Source: a virus
DNA length: 64,000 nucleotides
Virus record (IMG/VR): IMGVR_UViG_3300025168_000032
Location: 64,001-128,000 of that record
Direction: 5' to 3' (one strand)
Below are positions 16,858 to 26,442 of the stretch, piece after piece. Position 1 is the first letter of the stretch. Each line of letters begins with the position of its first letter. Position numbers and translations under genes: made by a program. The notes beneath the pieces were generated by a model. The model was given only the letters and a program-made list of their open reading frames with translations. It did not search any database and had not been told where the DNA came from.

Positions 16858-17481
16858 ATGGCTAAAAAACTTTTAACAGAATTTTACGAACTTTGCAAAG
16901 ATGGTATATGCCAAGATCTTTTAACTGAGCGAGAAAAGAGAGAAGTGTCCAATGGTACCGTTTATCTATCAGGGAGAATGCAAACCTGTGAAATGAAAAA
17001 CGGTAATGGGAGAATTTATCCTTGCGATGTTCTTAGAAAAGAAGTGCAAAATTATCAAAATGTTATTAAAGACAACAGGGCCTTGGGAGAATTAGACCAC
17101 CCAGATGATTCCATAATCAACCTCAGAAACGTATCCCACGTTATAACAGACATGTGGTGGGAAGGAAAAGATGTAATGGGTAAGATAAAGATCCTTGATA
17201 CACCATCTGGTAATATTCTAAAAGGACTTGTCGAGTCTGGTATAAAGCTTGGTATATCAAGTCGGGGCCTCGGCTCTGTAAAGGAAAGCCGTGAAGGCAC
17301 CATTGTTCAAGAAGATTTTGAACTAATTTGTTTCGACATTGTATCCGAACCTTCAACACCTGACGCTTATATGTATCCTAAAAACCAACAAAGTGAGTCA
17401 CCAAAGATGTACGAAAGCAAAATAAAGCGGAAGAGTGATCTAATTATTGATGATTTGTTTAACAAAATTTTGAGAGACTAA
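16858..17481 (+). CDS. gp21: Prohead core protease (gp21-like)
   Basis: KNGNGRIYP, ALGELDHP, GISSRGLGS, FDIVSEPSTPDA. Confidence 0.93.
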   Translation: MAKKLLTEFYELCKDGICQDLLTEREKREVSNGTVYLSGRMQTCEMKNGNGRIYPCDVLRKEVQNYQNVIKDNRALGELDHPDDSIINLRNVSHVITDMWWEGKDVMGKIKILDTPSGNILKGLVESGIKLGISSRGLGSVKESREGTIVQEDFELICFDIVSEPSTPDAYMYPKNQQSESPKMYESKIKRKSDLIIDDLFNKILRD

Positions 17482-17909
17482 TGAATAAAAACGAAATTAA
17501 AAAAATACTAAAGCCTTTAATCAAAGAATGCATAAAAGAAGTTGTATTCGAAGAAAAGGGAGCCTTATCACATATAATAAGTGAAGTTGTTGACGGCTTA
17601 CATTTAACTAAAAAACAAGTGGTAACAGAATCACTGCCGGAAAAGAACCTACAGCCGGAATACACTTCACGGAAGAAAGTCAATCACGCTCTCAAAGAGC
17701 ATAAGAAGAAACTTTTAGACGCAATTGGCGCTGAAGCATACGGTGGAATCAACATTTTTGAAGGTACAACTCCTGCGCCTTCTCCTGCTGGAAATGGTAA
17801 TCAGGGGGCATTATCTGGTTTAGACCCAAAAGATCCGGGGGTTGATATATCAAATATATTTGGAAACAAATCTTCTACAATATTTAACAAAATGATGGGA
17901 AAGAAATAA
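17481..17909 (+). CDS. Hypothetical protein
   Basis: 142 aa, coupled by TAATG overlaps at both ends. Confidence 0.7.
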   Translation: MNKNEIKKILKPLIKECIKEVVFEEKGALSHIISEVVDGLHLTKKQVVTESLPEKNLQPEYTSRKKVNHALKEHKKKLLDAIGAEAYGGINIFEGTTPAPSPAGNGNQGALSGLDPKDPGVDISNIFGNKSSTIFNKMMGKK

Positions 17910-18115
17910 TGGCTACAAATCTAGTCGTCTATCCAAGGCGAAATGAAAATATAGAACGAGTTATCAAGCGATTTAGCAAGAAAATAAAAAAACTTGGTAT
18001 TCTCGACGATTACAGAGATAAGCAAAGTTACATGAAGCCCTCTGAAAAAAGAAGGAGAGCCAAAAAGCGCTCCGACAGAAGACGAGCAAAAGAACTCGCA
18101 AAACAAAAAAGATAA
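17909..18115 (+). CDS. rpsU: Phage-encoded ribosomal protein bS21
   Basis: 68 aa basic: V..RRNENIERVIKRFSKKIKKLGILDDYRDKQSYMKPSEKRRR, matching the bS21 E.IE.ALKRFK...Y.KPS.KRR pattern. Confidence 0.85.
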   Translation: MATNLVVYPRRNENIERVIKRFSKKIKKLGILDDYRDKQSYMKPSEKRRRAKKRSDRRRAKELAKQKR

Positions 18116-18157
18116 CTATTTATATAAGAATTTCAAAAGAATTGGAGAAAATGATCA

Positions 18158-18601
18158 ATGTCATCAAATTTTAAATACACAAGCGGGCTAAGAAATGTTG
18201 GGTCCTATCAAATTTCAGGCCACCCTTTTATGAGTGGCTCAACCATCGGAGCAAACAAATGCCAACTAATTGAGTTCCCATATGTTTGTAGATCAATAAC
18301 AGTAATCAATACTGGTGCGACTAACGATATGAGAATACATTTTCAAAGTGGATCTGGGACAACGGCAATTACCGTTCCCGGTGCTACTGGTGAGCAAACT
18401 ATTGATTCTGCCTGTGATGTTTTTGCAACATTTCACTTCGTAACTGTTCCAAAAGGTGATGGTTCTGTTACACTAGATGTAAAATCAAAGAACGTGTACC
18501 TTTCATCCGTTGATGGTTCGACATATGAAATTTTCGCTGAATTAACATCAATCCCGGTAGGGTCAATGTATCATTTGACTGGATCTGGGGTAACGGAGTA
18601 A
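18158..18601 (+). CDS. Hypothetical virion protein
   Basis: 147 aa, S/T/G-rich, downstream of ACTATTTA at 18115. Confidence 0.65.
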   Translation: MSSNFKYTSGLRNVGSYQISGHPFMSGSTIGANKCQLIEFPYVCRSITVINTGATNDMRIHFQSGSGTTAITVPGATGEQTIDSACDVFATFHFVTVPKGDGSVTLDVKSKNVYLSSVDGSTYEIFAELTSIPVGSMYHLTGSGVTE

Positions 18602-18605
18602 GACT

Positions 18606-21600
18606 ATGGGAAATTTTAAAGCATCACCATCGGCATTAGGCGCTAGCGCAACAGTTACCAATATTACTGTTGACGGAGACGTAACATTAGATGACGGTGG
18701 ATCAATAAAAGAAGCCGGAGGTGTTGCTGCAATCACAGTCGATGGCTCTGGTCACGTTACTAAGCTAGGCCAATCGACCTCAACAAGCGGCTATTTCCTT
18801 AAATGGGATGGCTCAAAGAGCGTCTGGGCTAGTGTTTCATCTGGTGGTGGAGCCGACACGGGCACTGCCAACACCTTTACAGAAGGACAGGTAGTCTCTA
18901 AAGATACAGATGGAGAACTTATTGCCCTCAAGCTTGTGAATCAGAGTGACGCTAATAACACTACTGGTATTGTCTCTATACAATTTGATCTTGAAGACAC
19001 TGGTGGAACCGCTGTTGACGCTGCTAAAATAGCCGTAAAGAAAGAAGCGGCATTTACAGCAACAGCAGGAACGCAAGATTCCAATATGGTGTTTTCAACC
19101 TCCCTTAACGGGACCTTGACGGAGCAAATGACATTAGATAGTGCTGGTACTCTCACATGTGATGCTGGTGTAACAGTTGGATCAACAGTTATAACTGATG
19201 ATTCGATTGTGATGACTCCTTCTTCTGGCGATACAGCAACAATTGCTGCCGGGGCGAATGGAACACTCACAGTGACAACTGTCGATGCAGGTGGAACCGC
19301 TGCGAATGTTGGTTTTGTTGTAGATGGGGCTTTTGATATTGATGCTGCGGGAGCGGTAACAATAGACGGCTCAGCAATTACAATTGGTGGCGACTCTGAT
19401 GTCGCACTCGACATTGATTCTTCAACTCTTGATATTGATGCTTCTGGGTTGGTCACCATTGATTCTGTTGGTTTGTCTATTGACTCGGCAGGGATCGCAG
19501 CAAACATAACATCTACAACAGACGGCGCCGCTGAGGACTTTACTATTTCTTTAGCAGGTGCCACAGACTCAAGCCTGATCCTATCCTCAACTGGTACAGG
19601 TGCAGACGCTTTACAGATTAGCACTTCTGCTGGTGGAATTGATATTACAGCAACGGGGAATGCAGCAGGAGAGGATATTGATATATCTTCAGCAGCTTCA
19701 ATTAACCTTACAGCTACAGAGGATGCCGCGAACGCAATTTATTTAAGAGCAAATGGCGGCTCATCCGAAACAATTAATATTCATTCCGATCAAGGAACGG
19801 GCGAAGGAGAAAGTGCTTCAATCGTGGTTCAGTCTGATGATGGTGGTATCGCAATTGTTGGTAATGACGCCAAGGATGTATCCATCGATGGTGGTCAACT
19901 TCTTCTTACAAGTGCCCACAATGTCACTAATTCAATTTATTTAAGAGCGAACGCTGGTACTGACGAAACAATCGTAATTCATTCAGATCAGGGAACTGGT
20001 GAAGGTAATGCAAATGCCTCAGTTGAGTTAGTATCAGATGTGGGTGGTATTTGCCTTACAGCCACTGGGTTGACGGGTGTAATGACTGACGGAAATTCCG
20101 ATGCAGCCATTCAGATGCATGCTGCTGCTGGTGGTGTTGGTATCAGATCAACCGCAAACTTAGAAGGGGCTATTCAGATCGAAGCTGATGGTGGAGCTAA
20201 TGAAACGATTTCAATCCACTCAGATCAGGGAACTGGTGTAAACGCAAAGGCTGGATCGACAGACGCATCAATCAATCTAATTTCTGATGCTGGTGGTATA
20301 GGTCTTTATTCTGGAATCAACGCTGACAACGCTATTGCCCTTGAAGCTAATGGTGGTGCGAATGAGACAATTCAAATTCGCTCCAATCAGGGAACCGGTG
20401 TTGCAACCGCAGATATTGCCAATGTCGTAAATGCCTCAATCGCGCTAGTATCTGACGTTGGTGGGGTTGGCTTGGGCTCTGCTTTTAATGGCGATAACGC
20501 TATAAGACTTGAAGCAGATGGCGGAGTTAACGAAACAATCGTAATTCACTCTAACCAAGGAACTGGTGAAGATCACCAAAACTCCTCTATCTTATTAGTT
20601 TCTGATGTCGGCGGTGTTGGTATCACGGCAACTGGCCTTACTGGCGTAATGACTGATACCAACTCTGACGCAGCAGTTCAATTGACAGCATTGGCTGGTG
20701 GTATCGGTCTCCGAACTACATCAAATCTTGCTGGTGCTATCCAGATTGAAGCTGACGGTGGAGCTAACGAAACGATTATTATTAAAGCAGATCAAAGTAC
20801 AGTTGATGGCGCAGCGGCTGCTGGTGCTATACAACTTCTCTCAGACGTTGGAGGGATAGGTCTTTCATGGAATGATTCCAAAGATCTCTGGGCCGAGGGC
20901 GGTAGAGCAATTGTAGTTGCAAACGAAGATGCAGCAGATTGTATTTTGTTACACGCAGATGCTGGGACCTCGCAAACAATTAGAATGCTTAACGATGCTG
21001 GCACAAACGCTGCTGCCATTGGTATAACGTCTACCGCTGGTGGAATTACTCTTGCCTCTGGGGCTGATACTACTGTTAACGGGATTACCGTATCTGCATC
21101 TCAAACAACCAAAAAAGCAATGGTGTTGACAGCAGACAGTGTGACTACTGGTAAAGGATTAGAAATCAGCACAGATGCTTTGACAACTGGCAAGTCGGTT
21201 GAAGTTAAAAGTTCGAGCAATAACCTTGACGGTGCAAAACTTTTAGATATTGAAGCAGATAGCACTTCAACAGACGATTACACCATGGTAAGAATCAAAA
21301 AGTCAACTTCTAACGCTTCTGACTCAAATGCAATCATTGGTTTGGATGTTGATTTTAACGCAACGGCTGGTACTGCCGCTCGCGCAGTTAAAATTGATTC
21401 AGAACAAACAACAGGAGTTGTAGTCGAATTAAATGCAGACGGAGTTACCACTGGTAAGGCTTTGGAGCTTAGCGCAGATGCTCTAACAAGCGGTACCGCT
21501 TTAGACATTACTTGTACTGGTACTGCTTTAGATGATGGAACACTTGTCAGCGTAAATGCCAGTGGAAACACAGGTAGCGATGTGAATAATCTTGTTCATA

Positions 21601-22103
21601 TTAAAAACGACCATGCTAGCTCGACTGGTACTGTTCCGCTTCTAGTTCACCAAGATTCAACTGGTGACATTATTAAAGCACTATATGGTGCTAACGGGGC
21701 TGGATGGTCACTAAAAATGAAAGAAGTGTCTATAACACTAGCCACTGACGCTACTACTACAGATTCAAGCGGCTTTTTCCCAGCAAATGCTATTCCTTTA
21801 GCAATATCAATTTTGGTTACTACTCAAATTGATAGTAACAAACATATTATTAAAATTGGAACAAGTACTTTCCCCGGCCTCGTCGGTAACACTGGCGGTT
21901 CGGATTTGGGAGATAATGTTTTAGAGCAGCAAAACGACGTTCTTACATTTGCGGTTCACGGGTCAAACGACAACTTTAGTGGGGCTGCTGGAATCGGCAC
22001 CGCACAACATCTTCGTTTAACTTTAAATGGCACCCCCAGTGCTGGGGTAGTCAGGGCAACATTGTGGTATTGGCAGCTATTTGTTGACACGACACACGAC
22101 TAA
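18606..22103 (+). CDS. Large repetitive fibre/decoration-like protein
   Basis: 1165 aa, A/G/T/S/D-rich; seven imperfect repeats of AI.L.A.GG..ETI.IHS.QGTG...ASI.L.SD.GGI. Confidence 0.75.
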   Translation: MGNFKASPSALGASATVTNITVDGDVTLDDGGSIKEAGGVAAITVDGSGHVTKLGQSTSTSGYFLKWDGSKSVWASVSSGGGADTGTANTFTEGQVVSKDTDGELIALKLVNQSDANNTTGIVSIQFDLEDTGGTAVDAAKIAVKKEAAFTATAGTQDSNMVFSTSLNGTLTEQMTLDSAGTLTCDAGVTVGSTVITDDSIVMTPSSGDTATIAAGANGTLTVTTVDAGGTAANVGFVVDGAFDIDAAGAVTIDGSAITIGGDSDVALDIDSSTLDIDASGLVTIDSVGLSIDSAGIAANITSTTDGAAEDFTISLAGATDSSLILSSTGTGADALQISTSAGGIDITATGNAAGEDIDISSAASINLTATEDAANAIYLRANGGSSETINIHSDQGTGEGESASIVVQSDDGGIAIVGNDAKDVSIDGGQLLLTSAHNVTNSIYLRANAGTDETIVIHSDQGTGEGNANASVELVSDVGGICLTATGLTGVMTDGNSDAAIQMHAAAGGVGIRSTANLEGAIQIEADGGANETISIHSDQGTGVNAKAGSTDASINLISDAGGIGLYSGINADNAIALEANGGANETIQIRSNQGTGVATADIANVVNASIALVSDVGGVGLGSAFNGDNAIRLEADGGVNETIVIHSNQGTGEDHQNSSILLVSDVGGVGITATGLTGVMTDTNSDAAVQLTALAGGIGLRTTSNLAGAIQIEADGGANETIIIKADQSTVDGAAAAGAIQLLSDVGGIGLSWNDSKDLWAEGGRAIVVANEDAADCILLHADAGTSQTIRMLNDAGTNAAAIGITSTAGGITLASGADTTVNGITVSASQTTKKAMVLTADSVTTGKGLEISTDALTTGKSVEVKSSSNNLDGAKLLDIEADSTSTDDYTMVRIKKSTSNASDSNAIIGLDVDFNATAGTAARAVKIDSEQTTGVVVELNADGVTTGKALELSADALTSGTALDITCTGTALDDGTLVSVNASGNTGSDVNNLVHIKNDHASSTGTVPLLVHQDSTGDIIKALYGANGAGWSLKMKEVSITLATDATTTDSSGFFPANAIPLAISILVTTQIDSNKHIIKIGTSTFPGLVGNTGGSDLGDNVLEQQNDVLTFAVHGSNDNFSGAAGIGTAQHLRLTLNGTPSAGVVRATLWYWQLFVDTTHD

Positions 22104-22118
22104 TAATAGGATTTAATA

Positions 22119-22727
22119 ATGGCAGAATTTGGATGGGCATATTTATCAGGAGCAGTGACAGGTCAAGGACCTAGAGAGTCAATACAGTATCTCAAGACTG
22201 AAAATGGCGAGCTTAGTGGTAGTAATACTTTTACTTTTGCGACTGGCTCTAATACCTTGTTTGTTTCTGGGTCTGTTATAGTAAGTGGTACAATATCCGC
22301 ACATACCCTTGATGTGATCCAAACAACGAAAGTTGAAATTTCATCTAGTGGTGGTACGAACTTTGGTGATGACGCTACAGACACTCATGTCTTCACAGGG
22401 TCAGTATCGATTGTATCTGGTGGTCTTAGGCAACATTATTACAAACTTACCGGAGCAACCCATACAGTTGCGGCTTATGATTCGATTATAGGTGTCAGTT
22501 CTAGTGCATACGTAGCGATACAATTACCATCGGCTGCTGCTGCTGGTTTTGGGCGGGTACTGATTATTAAAGACGAGTGGAGTTCGACTAGATCTAGCGC
22601 CAACGAAATAGCAGTATCAGCATCTGGTGGAGAAACAATAGACCATACTGCTACTTACTGTATAAGTGGAGATAGTGCCGCGTTAACTCTTTATAGTGAC
22701 GGCACGTCAAAGTGGTTCATCTATTAG
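22119..22727 (+). CDS. Fibre-like structural protein (shared C-terminal domain)
   Basis: C-terminal LP...G...IIKDE...TID...LYSDG..KWFIY. Confidence 0.7.
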   Translation: MAEFGWAYLSGAVTGQGPRESIQYLKTENGELSGSNTFTFATGSNTLFVSGSVIVSGTISAHTLDVIQTTKVEISSSGGTNFGDDATDTHVFTGSVSIVSGGLRQHYYKLTGATHTVAAYDSIIGVSSSAYVAIQLPSAAAAGFGRVLIIKDEWSSTRSSANEIAVSASGGETIDHTATYCISGDSAALTLYSDGTSKWFIY

Positions 22728-22740
22728 GGAGGCTTCATGA

Positions 22741-24393
22741 ATGGGTTACAATGTCTTAAGCGGAAGTGTCTCGTCAACCAGTGTAATATCTAGTGGATCT
22801 TTCATTGGAGATGGAGCAGGCCTTGAAAATGTAAAGCAGTTTGAGCTTTTTAATGAAGCGGTAGCTTTAATTCCATTCTACAAAACACACGAAGGCGACT
22901 ATGCCTTAGATTCAAATAGTGGTTTTAATTTCCAAAATGGTGCCTTAGCTGTTCCTGCTCTGACTTCTTCATCTGGGATAAAATTATCTAATCCTATTTC
23001 TGGTACCCTTGCTGGTGTTGGAAGTTTTTTGGGTATAGACAGCAGTGGTAATATGGTGATAACCTCATCTGCTGCCGGTGCGGGCCCCGTCAACTCTCTA
23101 CAATTCAACACCGGTGGAGGGGAAATCAGTGGGTCCTCTGTTGTAACACTGGTTGGGACAGAGCTAAGGATAACTGGCTCGATTGCTATAACTGGATCAA
23201 TCTATCCGTCTGGTTCTGCTATTTATGATTTAGGGTCACCGACTCGAAGATGGAACGAACTGTATCTTGGGACTGGGTCTGTGCATCTGGGGCCCAATTG
23301 CAAGATCGAAACTAGTGAAGCTTCAGGCACGATCATTGTTAACAAGCCTTTTTCTATCGAGGGGGGTTTAATCCTCTCTTCTAGTTCATATATAAACTGG
23401 GGGATTACGACTGGTAGTAGTGGTTATGGGTTTAGGGACAACTCAGGGGCTTTACAATTCAAAAATAATGGAGGTTCATGGGGGAACGTTTCAGACGTTG
23501 GAATTGGGTCTAGCAACGCGATACAGTTCCACTCAGGCTCCGGTGTCCTTAGTGGCTCTGACAACCTTACGTTTGACGGTTCTACATTAAATTTATCAGG
23601 AACTATGACAATAACTGGCTCCATTTACCCATCTGGCTCTGCTATTTATTCTCTTGGTTCGCCAACAAATCGGTGGGATTCCATCCATGTAGGGACAGGG
23701 TCTGTGCATCTGGGGGAGCACTGTACTATATCTACTTCGGAACCGGTGGGTGGACACCACTCTATAACACTTAATAAGTGGACAGAAATATCCGGTAGCG
23801 GTAGTAGTGGGGAAGGACTAACTGTGACGGGCTCGTTGTTACCGGGTGCCGATAGTCTGTACGATTTAGGTTCCCCAACTAAACAATGGAGATCACTCTA
23901 TGTATCAAGTAGCACTGTTTATTTTGGTGGAGAGGCACTAAGTGTTGCAGAAGGAAGTTTAAAGTTCGGCTCTGGTAGCGCTACAAAGGGCTTCCATATC
24001 GGGCATATGCATCTGCTTGATCGTGGGATCGTGATGGACCCCAACAGAATATTTCAAATGAAAGCTTTCCAAATGCAGTTTCATGGTGGTGTGGCTTATA
24101 AACGAAAAGTTGTTTCTTGGGATTATCAAGTTCTAAAAACAGATTATATGATAGGAGTGCAGAGCGATACCTTAACAGCTTCAGTTAAGTTGACTTTACC
24201 AGATGCTACTGCTTGTATAGCCGGTCAAACATTTATTTTTAAGGATGAGGGTGGAAATTGTCACACCCACAATATTGTAATAAGTGCGTCGAATGGTGAC
24301 CAAATTGATGGAAACGGAATTATTACATTAGAAAGTCCGTATTCGTCAGTTAATATCTACACAAATGGAGATAATAAGTACTTCATATATTGA
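22741..24393 (+). CDS. Fibre-like structural protein
   Basis: Three (I/L).P.....Y.LGSPT..W repeats; same C-terminal domain as 22119. Confidence 0.75.
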   Translation: MGYNVLSGSVSSTSVISSGSFIGDGAGLENVKQFELFNEAVALIPFYKTHEGDYALDSNSGFNFQNGALAVPALTSSSGIKLSNPISGTLAGVGSFLGIDSSGNMVITSSAAGAGPVNSLQFNTGGGEISGSSVVTLVGTELRITGSIAITGSIYPSGSAIYDLGSPTRRWNELYLGTGSVHLGPNCKIETSEASGTIIVNKPFSIEGGLILSSSSYINWGITTGSSGYGFRDNSGALQFKNNGGSWGNVSDVGIGSSNAIQFHSGSGVLSGSDNLTFDGSTLNLSGTMTITGSIYPSGSAIYSLGSPTNRWDSIHVGTGSVHLGEHCTISTSEPVGGHHSITLNKWTEISGSGSSGEGLTVTGSLLPGADSLYDLGSPTKQWRSLYVSSSTVYFGGEALSVAEGSLKFGSGSATKGFHIGHMHLLDRGIVMDPNRIFQMKAFQMQFHGGVAYKRKVVSWDYQVLKTDYMIGVQSDTLTASVKLTLPDATACIAGQTFIFKDEGGNCHTHNIVISASNGDQIDGNGIITLESPYSSVNIYTNGDNKYFIY

Positions 24394-24465
24394 TCGATTA
24401 GATCTTTTCTATCTATTTATAAACGGGTGCCTGCGGGCTCCCAGTCTATATTGGAGGAATAAAAT

Positions 24466-26322
24466 ATGGCTTATAAATTTCAATTAGGTGCAATGATTGC
24501 ATCTGGTTCATTCAAAGCAGAGGATGGTATCGTCGGAACTGACGTCGATGATGCGACCGCTGCTAATGTTGTAGCTCAAATCGATGCGGGTGAAATCCCA
24601 ATCGCTAAGTTAGCTGCTACTACAATTTCTGGAAAAGCTCTTGGTACAGCCCTTGATGCTCTTTCCGTTGATGACTCTTCTATCGAATTCAGCGCTGGTT
24701 CTGCATTCAATGGATCTGCTGCATCTGCTATTCGTATTAAAGCGTCTGGTATCACCAATGCTATGTTGTCTGGTTCTATCGCTAACGGAAAGCTTTCTAA
24801 CTCTACAATTTCTGGTAAGGCTCTTGGTGCAAACCTTGATGCTCTTAATGTTGCTAGCAACAAAGGTCTTGCTATGAGCGCTTATACTGGTGCTGCTGCT
24901 GTTTCAGATCTTCAGGTTGTTCTTGACGGCGCTGGTGGTCTTGAATTTAATGGCGGATCTGGTATTCGTCTTGAAGCTGCTGTTGCTGGTGCTGGTTTAA
25001 CTCACAGTGCTGGTGTTCTTGCTGTTGTTGGTGCCGCTAATGGTGGTATCGATGTTCAAGCTAACGATGTTAAGCTTGATTTTGGCGGATTGACTGGTGC
25101 TGATGTTGCTGTTGCTAGCGACTCTTTTGCTTTCTGGGATAATGATGCAACTGCCGTTAGAAAAGAATCTATGGCTGATTACGCTGCCGCTATCGCTGGT
25201 GCTGGTATTGCTGCTTCTGCTGGTGTTCTTGCTGTTGGAGTTGACGCTTCATCAATCGAAATCAATTCTGATGCTCTTAGAGTAAAAGCTGCTGGTATTA
25301 CCAACGCTATGCTTTCTGGTTCTATTGCTGATAGCAAAATGTTGAAAATCTCAACTGCTAACAAGGTTGATCTTGCTGCTCTTGATATGGACGGCGGAAC
25401 TGATATCGGTGCTGCTCTTGTAGACGCTGACTTGTTCATCGTTGACGATGGCGCAGACGGAACAAACAGAAAATCTGCTATGTCTCGTGTTGCAACTTAT
25501 GCAAAGAGTAAATTCAGTGCTGCTACCACTGGTGGTAAAGCTGAAGGTTCTATCGCTTATAACGATGGTGCTTATACCTTCACTCAAATGAGTGTTGCTG
25601 AATTAAGAGCGCATCTTAGTATTGCTGATAGTAACTCAATGGATATGAGTTATTCTGGCGGTCAGATTTCTGCTGCTCTTCGTTTAGGATCTGCTGGTGC
25701 TCTTGAAGTTGATGGCGATGGTCTTGATCTTAAGTCTACTATCTCTGGTAACAGAACTTTTTCTGGTGACTTAATTGTTAGTGGTGACTTGACTGTTAAC
25801 GGAACCAACACTATTCTTAACACTAGTACTCTTGAAGTAGAAGATTTGAATATTAAGGTTGCCAAAGGCGCTGCTAACTCTGCTGCTGCTGATGGTGCTG
25901 GTATGACAATTGAGATGGGAGCTGATGATGTGACCTTTTCTTGGAACCATGCTGGTGACCAAATGCAAATTAAAAAAGGTGCATCATTCTCTAATATCAA
26001 AGCTAACAAATTCATCGGTGATCTTGAAGGTGCTGTTGCACAGGCTATCACAGCGCATGGAGATGCAGATAGAACTTTAGTAGTTGGTTTCAACTACGGT
26101 AATGCTGATACTACTGCTCTTCGTACTTGGACTCTTCCAGCTTCTCCGGAGCTTGGGCAAGTTGTTCATGTTAAGGCGCCTGCTGCTGTTCATGCTGATG
26201 GTATTAAGATTCTGAAAGCTGGCTCTCAAACAGTTGATGGTGTTGATTTTATTACTCTTGAATCACCATTTGCTGCTGTTAACCTTATGTACGTAGCTAA
26301 CAATCTTTGGAGAGTATACTAA
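24466..26322 (+). CDS. Fibre/decoration-like structural protein, probably abundant
   Basis: MAYKFQLG start; A/G-rich with heavy GCT/GGT usage like the capsid gene; shared C-terminal domain (TVDG...TLESP). Confidence 0.75.
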   Translation: MAYKFQLGAMIASGSFKAEDGIVGTDVDDATAANVVAQIDAGEIPIAKLAATTISGKALGTALDALSVDDSSIEFSAGSAFNGSAASAIRIKASGITNAMLSGSIANGKLSNSTISGKALGANLDALNVASNKGLAMSAYTGAAAVSDLQVVLDGAGGLEFNGGSGIRLEAAVAGAGLTHSAGVLAVVGAANGGIDVQANDVKLDFGGLTGADVAVASDSFAFWDNDATAVRKESMADYAAAIAGAGIAASAGVLAVGVDASSIEINSDALRVKAAGITNAMLSGSIADSKMLKISTANKVDLAALDMDGGTDIGAALVDADLFIVDDGADGTNRKSAMSRVATYAKSKFSAATTGGKAEGSIAYNDGAYTFTQMSVAELRAHLSIADSNSMDMSYSGGQISAALRLGSAGALEVDGDGLDLKSTISGNRTFSGDLIVSGDLTVNGTNTILNTSTLEVEDLNIKVAKGAANSAAADGAGMTIEMGADDVTFSWNHAGDQMQIKKGASFSNIKANKFIGDLEGAVAQAITAHGDADRTLVVGFNYGNADTTALRTWTLPASPELGQVVHVKAPAAVHADGIKILKAGSQTVDGVDFITLESPFAAVNLMYVANNLWRVY

Positions 26323-26364
26323 TCCCAACCTTGGTTGCGATATAGTTATTTTCTAATAATATTT

Positions 26365-26401
26365 GGTGGGCCCCTGTCGTTGGGGGCTCGCCTTTTTTTT
26401 T
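26365..26401 (+). terminator. Intrinsic terminator
   Basis: ggtgggcccc/ggggctcgcc stem + T9. Confidence 0.8.
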
Positions 26402-26442
26402 AAAATAAATGCTTTTTTAATTTTTATAGGAGGACAAATTAA

